Translations under genes and position numbers: made by a program | The notes under the pieces: generated by a model | Told to the model about the DNA's origin: nothing | What the model saw: the letters and a program-made list of their open reading frames with translations, nothing else | Database searches by the model: none | Assembly (NCBI GenBank): GCA_030390025.1 | Contig: JASTWF010000342.1 | Span: 310,001 to 374,000 of the forward strand | DNA: 64,000 nt | DNA from: Squalus acanthias | Taxonomy: Eukaryota | Direction: 5' to 3' | Shown: positions 12,100-24,733 of the stretch, one piece after another | Layout of the letters: every line of letters starts with the position of its first letter | How positions within the stretch are numbered: position 1 is the first letter of the stretch

Positions 12100-13122
12100 G
12101 CTATCCAGACTGTTCAGGGATAAATTCTCCTAGCTGTACCTTAGCGAGGAACAATGTGTGAGACATTTGCACTTCAATAAGGACGTCCTCACTGAAATCT
12201 GCCAACTGCTGCAGCCACAACTGTAACCTCAGAGCAGTGTAAGGATTGCATTGCCAATGGCTGTGAAGGTGACCGTGGTGATGAACTTTTATGCGTCTGG
12301 ATCCTTCTACTCTGAAGCTGGACATATTTGCAATATTTTGCAGATTGCTGTATACTGTTGTGTAAGGGAGGTCACTGAGGCTCTCTATTCAAAGAGAGCT
12401 ACCTACATTTCATTCTCTCTTGCCAGACACCAACAGGCGGATGAGCACGTGGCTTTGCTCGGGTTGCAGGCTTCCCCATGGTGCCATTGATTGCACGCAC
12501 ATAGCTTTGCAGGCGCCGCATGTTAACTCTGCCATATACCAGAAAGGGATTCCACTCCTTCAACATCCATCTGGTGTACGGCCATAGGGAGTGCATCGTG
12601 CAGGTCAGTGCCTGGTATTCTGGCAGCAGTCATGATGCCTTCATTCTGCGGCAGTCCGCTGTGCCATCTGCATTTGAGCCACCATGGCAAACCAAAGGGT
12701 GGCTACTGGGTGACAAGGACTATCCACTGACGAGATGGGTCATGACTCCGGTGCACAACCCATGCACACGGCGCAGCATACATACAATGGCAGCCATGCT
12801 GCTACACGGAATATGATAGAGCAGACCATTGGCATGCTGAAGCAATGCTTCCACTGCCTTGGAGAAGCCCTGCAGTACTCGGCAGAGCAGGTGTCAAGAT
12901 TCGTGGTGGTCTGCTGCATGCTGCACAACCTCGACATTATGAGGGGACAGCCCTTGCCACCAGCTAAATGGTGAGCAGCTGAGGAGCAGGAGTATGAGGT
13001 GGAGCAGGAGCATGAGGAGGAGGAGGAGGAAGAAGAGGAAGAGAAAGGGAGGAGGCAACCAAGACAGTCACTTTTTGCCCCTGCTGTCTGTTAAGAGCTC
13101 ATTTGAGTGCGATACCAGTAAC
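12100..13122 (+). pseudogene. Harbinger DDE transposase, frameshifted
   Basis: LPMAVKVTV, GAIDCTHI, RKGFHSFN, GSSHDAFIL, WLLGDKDYP, IEQTIGMLKQCF, CCMLHN and acidic tail. Confidence 0.9.
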
Positions 13123-13284
13123 CGCAACCCCAGTTCACCATTCACCAACAGTCTTCCCTCTGTCACTGACCATCACCGTATCCACTTGGCCACAATGTAA
13201 AAGTAAAAGCCACTACAAAATAAACATTCCAAACCAAATTTATCAATGAAATGATGCCATATTGCATACAAATGTAAACTAATT

Positions 13285-16152
13285 AAACTAAGTCAAAGGA
13301 GGAAGCTTATAAAGTTGCCAGAAAAAGCAGTCAGCCTGAGGATTGGGATCTTTTTAGAAATCAGCAAAGGGGGACCAAGAAACTGATAAAGAAAGGGAAA
13401 ATGGAATATGAGCAAAAATATAAAAACGGATTGTAAAAGCTTCTATAGGTATGTGAAAAGGAAAAGACTGGCGGAGGTAAATGTAGGTCCTTTACAGTCA
13501 GAGACGGGAGATTTTATAATGGGGAATGAGGAAATGTCTGAGAAATTAAATAAATACTTTGTTTCTGTCTTCACGGAGGAAGACACAAAAAACTTCCCAG
13601 AAATACGAGAAAACCAAGGGTGTGGCGAAAATTATTAGTAGTAAAAAAACAGCACTAGCAAAATTAATGGGACTAAAAGTCGATAAATCCCAAGGACCGG
13701 ATGACCTACATCCTAGGGTTTTGAAAGAGGTGGCTATTGAGATAGTGGACGCATTGGTTGTCATCTTCCAAAATTCTATAGATTCTGGAACGGTTCCTGC
13801 AGATTGGAGGATAGCAAATGTAACCCTGCTATTTAAGAAAGGAGGGAGAGAGAAAACGGAGAGCTACAGACCTGTTAGCCTCACATCAGTAGTTGGGAAA
13901 ATGCTGGAATCTATTATAAAGGATGCAATAACTGGGCACTTAGAAACTAATAGTAAGATTGGGCAGAGTCAACATGGATTTATGAAAGGGAAATCCTGTT
14001 TGACAAACCTATTGGAGTTCTTTGAGGATGTAACTAGTGGAGTAGTCAAAGGGGAACCGGTAGATGTGGTATAGTTGTGTTTTCAGAAGGCCTTCGATAA
14101 GGTCCCACACAAGAGGTTGGTGAACAAAATTAGGGCACATGGAATTGGGGGTAATATACTAGCATGGATTGAGAATTGGTTAACAGACAGAAAACAAAGA
14201 ATAGGGATAAACGAGTCTTTTTCGGGGTGGCAGGCAGTGACTAGTGGGGTAAGGATCGGTGCTTAGGCCCCAGCTATTCACAATCTATAGCAATGATTTG
14301 GATGAGGGGACTAAGGGGGAAAAATTCAGTTGGTTGCGCCTCCCGTTAGCGCCTTAAGAGGGCGCTAATGGGGCGCAAAGCAACTAGCGCTTGGGCGCGG
14401 CGATGTTTGCGCCGCTTGCAAAATCAACTAGACATTTTGCGGCTGTGCTAAACACTACCGCCACGATCTTCTGCGCCGGCAGATCGTGACGTCAGTCGAG
14501 TGCGCAACGCCCCGGTAGCGCCCCGGAGCGGATATTGAGTGGCGCCCCCTGCCTTACCGCCTGCCGCTAGCAACAACAGGTTGAGGGGAGCATTTTGTAG
14601 TCAGGAAGGGACTAGGGGAGCTCTTTTTAAAGGCGACCATTTCCTGCCTTTTATTGTTGGTGACATTTTTGAACCATGCATTCTGAGAGAGAGTGAGAGA
14701 GACTTCTGGAGAGATTCAACGCTGTGTGAAGGAGTTTTGGGTACTGAGCAGCACTTTGCAGGTTCATTTTGATTTGCCCTTCCTTGTATCAATTTAGAAG
14801 AGACTGTGGGGGTTGCACTCTGAGCTCTTTCCCTGGTACTCTCCATTGTTCTTTCCAGCAGATTTGATGTGCAGGTCTCTCCAGGCCGAGATTCAAGGCT
14901 ACAATGAGCAGGATGTGGATGGAAAGCAAGATCAACCCTCCCCTTTACGAACTGGCCGGCGCCATTGTGTCTGTGTTCCATTGCTGACTGACATCACATG
15001 AGCTTCGCCAGCGCTCTGAGTTAGCGCCTCGCTCCTCGGCCTTTGCGCCTTAAGACAGATGTGTAGCGCCTGATTTAGCGCTCCAATCACCTCCAGGTGC
15101 GATAAAAGTCAAGTTTGCAGTCGGAGGCGATAATTAGCTCAGCACTAATCTTTGCGCCCGGCCGATAATTGCGCCCCAAATGGGGCGATACTGAATTTCT
15201 CCCCCTAAATGTAACATTTCCAAATTTGCTGATGATATAAAGCTAGGTGGCAGTGTCAGTTGTGAAGAGGATGTGAAGAGGCTTCAGGGGGATCTCGACA
15301 GGCTCAGTGAGTGGGTGAGGACATGGCAGATGGAATATAATGTGGATAAATGTGAAGTTATCCACTTTGGTCGAAAAAACAGAAAGGCAGAGTATTTCCT
15401 AAATGGTGAAAGATTGGGGAATGCAGATGCTCAAAGGGCCCTTGGGTGTCCTTGTACATGAGTCACTGAAAGTGAATGTGCAGGTGCAGCAAGCCATTAG
15501 GAAGGCAAATGATATGCTGGCCTTCATTACAAGAGGATTTGAGGACAGGAGTAAAGAAGTCTTACTCCAATTATATAGGGCCTTGGTGAGACCACACCTG
15601 GAGTACTGTGTACAATTTTGGTCTCCTTACCTAAGGAAGGATATACTTGCCATAGAGGGAGAGCAATGAAGGTTCACGAGATTGATTCCTGGGATGGCGG
15701 GACTGTCGCATGAGAAGAGATTGAGTAAACTAGGCCTGTATTCTCTTGAATTCAGAAGCATGAGAGGGGATCTCATTGAAGCATACAAAATTATTACAGG
15801 GCTTGATAGAGTGGATGCTGGGAGAATGTTTCCCTTGGCTGGGAAGTCTACAACCAGGGGCCGCAGCCTCAGGATAAAGGGTAGGCCATTCAGACTGAGA
15901 TGAGAAGAAATTTCTTCACACAGAGGGTGGTGAATCTTTGGAATTCTCTACCCCAGAGGGCTGTGGAGGCTCAGTCTTTGGGTATATTCCAAACAGAAGT
16001 CGATAGATTTCTGACTAGTAAGGGCATCAAGGGATATGGTGATAGGGCCGGTGAATGAAGTTGAGGCAGAAGATCAGCCGTGATCTCATTGAATGGCGGA
16101 GCAGGCTCGAAGGGCCGAATAGCCTACTCCTGCTCCTATTTCTTATGTTCTT
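13285..16152 (+). mobile_element. CR1 LINE ORF2 (RT) plus 3' UTR, split by MITE 14315-15205
   Basis: [57 protein letters not shown]; ttcttatg tail. Confidence 0.95.
14315..15205 (+). mobile_element. Harbinger-derived MITE, 891 bp (copy 1)
   Basis: TIRs gggggaaaaattcagt / actgaatttctccccc; TSD taa (14312-14314, 15206-15208); removing it restores the CR1 sequence. Confidence 0.92.
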
Positions 16153-16164
16153 AATTCCCTTAGT

Positions 16165-17785
16165 GTCTGTCTTCCACGTGCCTTTGCCTGCCCAAGTGCT
16201 CCTATGCAGTGCTGCCCCAGTGGTTGCAGCATAGCTGGTGGAAGGCTTCAGGCTTCAGTGGAGGACACTACAGATGGCCTTGGGAGGATGACCTCGAGCA
16301 GCTCTGGCCCGAGAAGGCCCGGCTGTGGACTGCATCATTTAGACATTGGCGGTAGAAGCCTGGGCTGGCTGGCTGACAGGCAACATCAAGGGCACTGGCA
16401 GAGTGGCAGTGGTAAGAGGAGGAATGCTGTCATCCTGAGAGAGGACAGCAGGTTCATGCTCCATGGAGCCACTGCCACTTCCCCAGGACTGCCGCTCAGC
16501 AATCCTAGTAATCTGTTGGAGGATAGATTGCTGGACTGCTGTGATACCCTGCAAGCCCCTTTGTACAATGTAATCCACAGCCATGATGACAGCAGTCTGA
16601 GCTTTCACTGCAGCACTCAGAGATTGGGTGGTTGCAGCTTGTGCTGCAATGGAAGTTGCAACATCGGCTGCTGCATCATGGTGGGTGCCACAGGTATGCT
16701 GATGGAGGTGACCACCCGTTCCATGTTGGAAAGGATGGGCTCTAAGCTCTGCGCAAAGCCCTGTGCCAAGTTGCTGTCGGACTCCTCCATGCTCCTGAAC
16801 ATTGCACACAGGCTTTCTGGCAGGTTTCACAATGCACCAAGCATTTTGTTGTGCATACCCATCAGCGTTCTTCTGGAGGTTGCCCCATCAAAGTCCTCAT
16901 CTGAGTCCTCTACAGCAGAATCCGTGTGCCCCCCTCGCCCTCCGGCAAGCTGGCACCTGCGCTATCCTTGCCCTCTGTCCTGGCTGCAGCACTCTCAGGC
17001 TTGATGTCACCACATGCAGATTCCGCCTCTAATCTATCCTCTAGTGTCAGTATTTGAGCTGGTCGCTGTGAAATCTAGTGACGGTGCTGTATCATCATCA
17101 TCACTCTCTTGTTGGTATTCCTCCACTACCTGGCCATCTTACACCTCTTGCGTGTCTGAAAGGAAAAAGGCACAAGAGTCAGGTTGTGGTATGGGGAGGG
17201 GAGAAAAGCAAGAAGTGCATGCTTACATTATCTGCAGCTTGTAAATCAGAAGAGATTGTGGAATGAGGGGGAAGTGAAATGTGAGAAGGAGGATTAGGTA
17301 TGAGGATACCGTCATCTTCGATAGTTTCAGCTCCACTGCTGGCAGTGTGTGCAAGCTGTGAGATGTGGGTGTGAGGCTTGCAGCAGTACTAAGTATGTGA
17401 GGGTGAGGTGAAGCTTTGAATGTGAGGTATAAGTCCTGATTGATAGAGATTGTTGGTAGGTGAGTGATGGGGGTGTTGTGAATTGAGCAGTGGCTGATGC
17501 TAGTGGTGCAGTGGGTAGGATATAGCATTTGAAGATGCATTCACTGACCTTGACCATTTGTGTGAGGTCATCGATCTTCTTGTAGCACTGCATCCAGGTC
17601 CTCGAGGATTGGCTCCTGGCATTGACTTCCATAGCTATCTGCTCCCACTGCCTTCTGACTGTGTGTCTGAAGGGCCTCCTGCACCCCCTGTAGATACAGC
17701 ATATCACTCCTCCTCCTCCTCCACCAAGACTTTAAGTGCAGCGGACAAAAACCTTGGAGCCCACTCTCTCCCATCTTGTGCCATT
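16165..17785 (-). pseudogene. Harbinger Myb/SANT-like accessory gene, spliced and decayed
   Basis: RRQWEQIAMEVNARSQSSRTWMQCYKKIDDLT followed by an AAG|GT donor; last exon RSMEES..AQSLEPILSNMERV. Confidence 0.8.
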
Positions 17786-18109
17786 CCTCACTGTTTCCCA
17801 GGTTAGATTCACTTCCTGCATGCCTCCCAGAACCTTCTGCACTCACAATGCACCTCCCCTTTAAGAGGTGCAGGCTAGCTTTAAGCAATGCAGGCTTGTT
17901 TTAAGTGGTGCTAGGATGTTACAATTTTCGACCCCCTGCTGATGTGTGCAACCAATCAACAATGCGTTTAGCGCTGGCTGCATGCAAAAATCATTCTAAT
18001 GAGCAGGTAGCACGAAGTTGGCATGCTGACTGCATTGCGATCCCCGTGCCCGTTTTCCGGGGCTATCCAATTTAGCCCCCCATATCTATTGTAAAAGGTG
18101 TGTTGTAGT

Positions 18110-18410
18110 CCATGCAAAGACCTCTGTGAAACTATCGGAGTTGCCCAGAAGTATGCTTCGAAAGAGTGCCAGCGTCAGAGGAAGCAGTTTGTCTAAAGTA
18201 AAAGGAACTTCAGTAAAAGTAGGCAATAAAGTACTTCTTGTCAATAATAAACAGAGGCAAGAGGAAGCTAGGAGATCAAAGGGTATCCACTATATATGAA
18301 GTAGTCAGAAAGCACAAAGGAATTTCACGATACAGAACAAAGAATGTCTCACCAGGTGCCTAGAAAATAGTACATAGAAACCTTCCAATGGAAGCTAATC
18401 TTCCCTTTGA
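18110..18410 (+). mobile_element. Degenerate Gypsy/Ty3 integrase C-terminal fragment
   Basis: Across frameshifts: AQKYASKECQRQ, KVGNKVLLVN, GKRKLGD, KIVHRNL, recalling the fish Gypsy GDRVLLAN..GKRKLAD..VVHRNL pattern. Confidence 0.55.
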
Positions 18411-19437
18411 GTGATGGAGAAGTTCAATCTTGATAACGGAAGAAAGGCTTTTGAGAGTTCTGAGAGAAGGGACTAGTTTTTATCTCCAAAGGTACTAAAT
18501 GAAGATAGAAAACCTGAACTAGAGAATGGATGAAGTAACATGACCCAGATGATGTGAAGAGCCACTTTGAAGCTGTGGAAATGATGATGCCTGAAGCAAA
18601 TCCTGCTAAAGAGCAAAGCAGCAGTAAGGCCCAATTGAACAAGACAAGAATGGCCTTGATTGAACTCACGATTACTCTAAATCTTACTCTGAAATTGAAT
18701 CTGTGACATTGACACATCTGAAGTTGCTGATATGACCTATAATGCTAAGAATTCGAGTGACAGATGAGGGCTCAGACATGCTAAAATGAATATGGAAATA
18801 AACAATGTAAACCCACTTCATAATGTTAGGAGAAGCTGTTATTAATCCTGTCAGAAGACTGATTTCTCAGGTTCTCAACCAAATAGGAACATGAGTACTG
18901 ATTCTAATGCATTAACGGAACCATAAATGGTAACTTTGTGCAATATATCAGGCTCAACAAATTGTATTTAAATTTATAAATTAGGTTAGCTTGCTACTTT
19001 GAAAAAAAAGGGTACATTTTACAACATCGCTTTCCCACCTGGGATCTTCAAGCACCAGGACTACATATCAAGAATTGGGCTGCAACGTCATCCTGCCCCA
19101 TAGAATTCTCTGGAAAATGAATGGACAGAAAGTCCTATGGTCCTGCTGATTGCCACATCCGAATTCTGATCTGCCCTCCGATCACACGAAGATCTACACC
19201 AGCAGCACAAATTTGTAAAATCTACACTAAAGTTTCCAATGATAATTTGTCACAAGGCATATAAAGTAGCCTATAATAGTGAGAGCACCTAACAATCTTC
19301 TCACATATATAAATTTAAATAAGTAATTAAGTGGTTGGTGCAGTAAGTTATGCACTGCAATTTGGAGTAGAAATGTTTTGGGTTTTCAGTTTGCTCTATT
19401 CATGTTGTACTGATGAAAATGCGAAAATAGTTATGAG

Positions 19438-20128
19438 TAACATAGAAACATAGAAAAATAGGAGCAGGAGTAGGCCATTCAGCCCTTCGAGCCTGCTCTG
19501 CCATTCAATATAATCATGGCTGATCCTCTATCTCAATACCATATTCCCACTCTCTCCCCATACCCCTTGATGCCTTTTGTGTCTAGAAATCTATCTATCT
19601 CCTTCTTAAATATATTCAGTGACTTGGCCTCCATAGCCTTCTGTGGGAGAGAATTCCACAGGTTCACCACCCTCTGAGTGAAGAAATTTCTCCTCATCTC
19701 AGTCCTAAATGTCCTACCCAGTATCCTGAGACTGTGACCCCTCATTCTAGACCCCCCAGCCAGGGGAAACATCCTCCCTGCATCCAGTCTGTCTAGCCCT
19801 GTCAGAATTTTATATGTTTCCACAAGATCCCCTCTCATTCTTCTAAACTCTAGTGAATACAGGCCTAGTCGACCCAATCTCTCCTCATACGACAGTCCTG
19901 CCATCCCAGGAATCAGTCTGATGAACCTTCGCTGCACTCCCTCTGTGGCAAGTATATCCTTTTTTAGGTAAGGAGATCAGAACTGCACAGAGTACTCCAG
20001 GTGTGCTCTCACCAAGGCCCTGTATAACTGTAGTAAAACATCCTTGCTCCTGTACTCAAATCCTCTTGCAATGAAGGCCAACATACCATTTGCCTTCCTA
20101 ACTGCTTGCTCCACCTGCATGTTTGCAC
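19438..20128 (-). mobile_element. CR1 LINE 3' fragment
   Basis: ORF 19533-19937 QRRFIRLIPGMAGLSYEERLGRLGLYSLEFRR; catagaaa tail. Confidence 0.95.
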
Positions 20129-21745
20129 CTACCATTATTTATACTTTGTTAGCAGTTATATCGAGAGAGTATTGAGCCGAAGCACTCTGCAATGACCTCC
20201 AGAACGTATGGTCAGATAGGAAATCAGATCATAAAGCAAAGGCACTGGAATCATTGATGGAGGTGGAGAGATAGAGTTGGTGGCCATAGACGAATGTGTG
20301 GAACCTAACTCTATGCTTGTAGATGGTATTGCCAAAGGATATTTTTTGTGTTAGGGTTGCCTTCCTGAGTCCTGACCATTGAACTTACCATGACTCCTAG
20401 AATCACAAACAACTCTACCATTAAGAATTCCACCTTGAGTGTCACCTTCTCATCAGGGTCTATTGAGTAATTCATTGTTCCTTACACAAATGATTGGGGA
20501 AACAAATGAAAGGATACATAACTCTGGCAAGCCGAAGCATCCAATATCAGAACAGTTTCTAAAAATTCTGGATGGCTAATGTGCAACATGCAATTAACCA
20601 AGTATTTGGGTTAATTATCACTATGTTCAACAGTTCATTGGATTATAAATGTTTTGATACATTGCAACAGTCATTTTAACGGAGTCATGAAATCTGAATG
20701 CATACATCACTGTGAAAATGGAGCAAGTAAATTATGAGAATTATTTAACCACACAGTTAACAGTTACACATCATATTGATTTGACAGAAAGCTAGAATTT
20801 ATTGTTTGCTTCCATCAGAAAAAACAGCAGTGCAAATGCATTCTAAATGCTGCCATGATTAAATAAAAATAGTGTTTTAGTCGCTGCAAGCCTTTTAAGT
20901 CATCCTGAGAGGTTTTCAGTTGATTGATAGAAAAGGATTGAAAACATATTGACACTTTAAGTGGTGAGTTATTTGACTAATTTATTGCAGTGCAGTTAAG
21001 TGATATTTCCAACAAATGGATTTACAATTTGCTTTAGCGCAATCAATTCCACTACCAGATCCAGCTAATGCTGAGATTTAAAAAAAGGCAGCAGTCTTTT
21101 CCTAAGAACATGTGAAATATTAGTCATGAATAATTTCTTAGAGCAAAGAGCTATTCTCATACTGTGTCCTTCATACTTTGAGTTGTATTTATACTTCCAT
21201 TTGTAAGTATTAAGGGGTAATATAAATTGTCATACTATAATTGGTGAATATGCACAGAAATGCTAACTTTTTTGTAAAGTTGGCTAATGCAGTGCTAATT
21301 TTGACTGGATGGAACAGGCTTGGTAGAAATTCATTTTCCAAGAACAACTTTGTAGCTTTAATAATGAAAGGAAATCCACTTTATCCGTTTACTAACAAGA
21401 GGCTTCTACATTAGCTTCAGTTCTAGGCAAACTGATCAAAATCCATCAATCATGGAGTTATAAATGATTCTATCCCCCTTCCTCCCAACACAGCTTAGGA
21501 TATTTATCGATGCTGGAGTAGTTGCCACTAAATATTTCACCTAGTAAACATGGCAGTTCACCCTCCCTACTGCATATGCTTAATTGATGAGAATGCAATG
21601 TAAGATAATTTATTTGAATACTTGAGTTATATTTAATAATGTTTAAGCTTTCAGTGACCTGCGCTGGTAGCACATGAAATAAATGTTTCAGTGGACCATA
21701 CAAAGAACAAAGGGCAGTTGTTCAAGTGATATATATAGAGTCATA

Positions 21746-22639
21746 GGGGGAGAAATTCAGTATCGCCGCATTTGGGGCGCAATTATCGGCCAGGTGCAAA
21801 GATTAGCGCCTGGCGCTAATTATCGCCACCGACTGCAAACTTGACTTTTATCGCCCCTGGAGGTGATTGGAGCGCTAAATCAGGCGCTTCACACCTGTCT
21901 TAAGGCGCAAAGGCCGAGGAGCGAGGCGCTACCTCAGAGCGCAGGCGAAGCTCATGTGATGTCAGTCAGCAATGGAACACACACACAATGGCACCGGCCA
22001 GTTCTTAAAGGGGATGGTTGATCTTGCTTTCCATCCACATCCTGCTCATTACAGCCTTGAATCCCGGCCTGGAGAGACCTGCACATCAAATCTGCTGGAA
22101 AGAACAATGGAGAGTACCAGGGAAAGAGCTTAGAGTGCAGCCCCCACAGTCTCTTCTAAATCGATACAAGGAATGGCAAATCAAAATGAACCTGCAAAGT
22201 GCTGCTCAGTACCCAAAACTCCTTCACACAGCGTTGAATCTCTCCAGAAGACTCTCTCTCTCTCTCTCAGAATGCGTGGTTCAAAAATGGCACCAACAGT
22301 AAAAGGCAGGAAGCGGTCGCCTTTAAATAACGCTCCCCCAGTCCCTTCATGACTGCAGAACTGCTCCCCTCAACCTGTCGTTGCTAGCTTCAGGCGGTAA
22401 GACAGGGGGCGTCACTCAATATCTGCTCTGGGACGAGACCGGGGCGTTGCGCACTCGACTGGCGTCACGATCTGCCGGCGCAGGAGATCGTGGCGGTAGT
22501 GTTTAGCGCCGCCGACAAAATGTCTAGTTAATTTCGCGAGCGGCGCAAACATCGCAGGCCTGGGCGCTAGATGCTTTGCGCCCCATTAACGGCCTCTTAA
22601 GGCGCTAATGGGAGGCGCAACCAACTGAATTTTTCCCCC
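21746..22639 (-). mobile_element. Harbinger-derived MITE, 894 bp (copy 2, inverted relative to copy 1)
   Basis: TIRs gggggagaaattcagt / actgaatttttccccc; TSD ata inside the atagagtc CR1 tail; colinear reverse complement of 14315-15205. Confidence 0.92.
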
Positions 22640-23253
22640 ATAGAGTCATAACGGCACAGAAGGAGGCCATTCAGCCCATCGAGTCCGTGCCGGCTCTCTG
22701 TGGAGCAATCCAGTCAGTCCCAATACCCCGCTCTATCCCCGTAGCCCTGCAAGTTTATTTCCCTCAAGTGCCTATCCAGTCTCCCCTTGAAAACATTGAG
22801 TGTGTCCACTTCTACCACTTCCGTCGGCAGCGAGTTCCAGGTCCTCACCACTCGCTGCATAAAAAAGATTTTCCTCACATCCCCCTGTATCTCTTGCCCA
22901 AAACCTTAAATCTGTGTCCCCTAGTCCTTGTACCATCAACTAGTGGGGACAGCCTTTCCCCGTCTAGCCTATCCAAACCTGTCATCAACTTGTACACCTC
23001 AATGAAATCATCCCGCAACCTCCTTTGCTCTAATGAAAACAAATCCAGCTTCTCCAATCTGTCCTTTTAGCTAAGATCCCTCATATCCGGAACCATTCTG
23101 GTAAATCTCCTCTGCACCCTCTCAAGTGCCTTCACATCCTTCCTAAAATGTGGTGACCAGAACTGGACGCAACTCCACTTGTGGCCTAACCAGCGCTTTA
23201 TAAAGGTTCAGCATAACTTCTCTACTTTTGTACTTAATACCTCTATTTATGAA

Positions 23254-23469
23254 TGTGAGAAGTCGCACAACACCAGGTTATAGTCCAACAGCTTTATTTG
23301 AAATCACAAACTTTCGGAGCGATGCTCCTTTGTCAGGTGAAGTCACCTGACGAAGGAGCAGCGCTCCGAAAGCTTGTGATTTCAAATAAAGCTGTTGGAC
23401 TATAACCTGGTGTTGTGCGACTTCTCAGATTTGTCCACCCCAGTCCAACACCGGCATCTCCACATCATG
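23254..23469 (+). mobile_element. Fold-back non-autonomous Penelope-like element with hammerhead motif (copy 2)
   Basis: 85-bp inverted arms 23256-23340 / 23343-23427 (3 mismatches); tail gatttgtccacc...cacatcatg; 12-bp TSD tctatttatgaa (23242-23253, 23470-23481). Confidence 0.88.
23340..23382 (+). ncRNA. Minimal type I hammerhead ribozyme motif
   Basis: aagtcac-CTGACGA-a-ggagc(agc)gctcc-GAAA-gctt-gtgattt; 7-bp stem I with one G-U pair; predicted cleavage after CUU (23375). Confidence 0.8.
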
Positions 23470-23535
23470 TCTATTTATGAAGCCCAAGATCCCATATGCT
23501 TTGCTAACCACTCTCTCAATATGTCCTGCCACCTT

Positions 23536-24733
23536 AATTAATCCCTTTGTCCTCCTTTGCTGGATCCTAAACTGCTCCCAATCGTCAGGTTTGCTGCTTT
23601 TTCTGGCCAATTTATATGTCCTCTCCTTGGATCTTATGCTATCCCTAATTTTTCCTTGTTAGCCATGGTTGAGTCACCATTTTTGTTTTATTTTTATGCC
23701 AAACAGGGATGAACAAATTCTGTAGTTCATCCATGCAATCTTTAAATGTTTGCCATTGCCTATCCACCGTCAACCCTTTAAGTAACACTCCCCAATCCAT
23801 CCTAGCCAACTCGCGCCTCATACCATCGTAGTTTCCTTTATTTAAATTCAGGACCCTAGTCTCTGAGTCAACTACTTCACTCTCCATCTTAATGAAGAAT
23901 TCTATCATATTATGATCGCTCCGACTCAAGGGGCCTCGCACAACAAGATTGCTAATTAATCCTTTCTCATTACATAATACTCAGTCTAAGATGGCCTGAT
24001 CTCTAGTTGGTTCCTCAACATATTGGTCCAGGAAACCATCCCGTATACACTCTAGGAATTCCTCCTCCACAGTATTGTTACTAATTTGGTTAGCCCAATC
24101 TATATGTAGATTAAAGTCACCCATGATAACTGCTGTGCCCTTATTGCACGCATCTATAATTTCCCGTTTAATGCCATCCCCAACCTCAGCATTACTGTTT
24201 GGGGGTCTGTATACAACTCCCACTAACGTTTTCTGCCCCTTGGTATTTCTCAGCTCTACCCATACAGATTCCACATCATCAGAGCTAATATCCTTCCTTA
24301 CTATTTTGTTAATCTCCTCTTTAACCAGCAATGCTACCCCACCTCCTTTTCCTTTTTGCCTGTCCTTCCTGAATATTGAATACCCCTGGATGTTGAATTC
24401 CCAGCCTTGGTCACCCTGGAGCCATGTCTCCGTAATCCCAATTATATCATATCCGTTTACATCTATTTGCGCAGCTAATTCATCCACCTTATTACGAATG
24501 CTCCTCGTATTAAGACACAGAGCCTTCAGGCTTGTTTTTTTAACACTCTTAGACCATTTAGAATTATTGTTTACCGTGGCCCTGTTTGATTTACACCCTT
24601 GATTTCTACAATATGCCTGAATTTTTGTAACAAGCCTCCTGTGAGACTCTTTATTAAATGACCTCTGAATAACCATGTACTGTATACTATATTTAGTACA
24701 TTCCATTTAACTATACAATCTATCACTTTTTCA
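23536..24733 (-). mobile_element. CR1 ORF2 N-terminal AP-endonuclease segment plus a short RT remnant
   Basis: LNTRSIRNK, IIGITETWL, RKDR..GGGVAL, VYRPP, MGDFN, ILD, SDHNMIEF. Confidence 0.9.

Larger units (their letters stand above)
12095..18080. mobile_element. PIF/Harbinger element A (left end lost), interrupted by CR1
   Basis: Transposase on plus strand, Myb-like gene on minus strand; right TIR ccaatttagccccc whose subterminal sequence resembles 43904-43940. Confidence 0.85.
22640..23535 (-). mobile_element. CR1 LINE 3' fragment interrupted by the Penelope-like hairpin
   Basis: LDLFSLEQRRLRDDFIEVYKLM; KAYGILGFINR resumes across the insertion. Confidence 0.9.
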
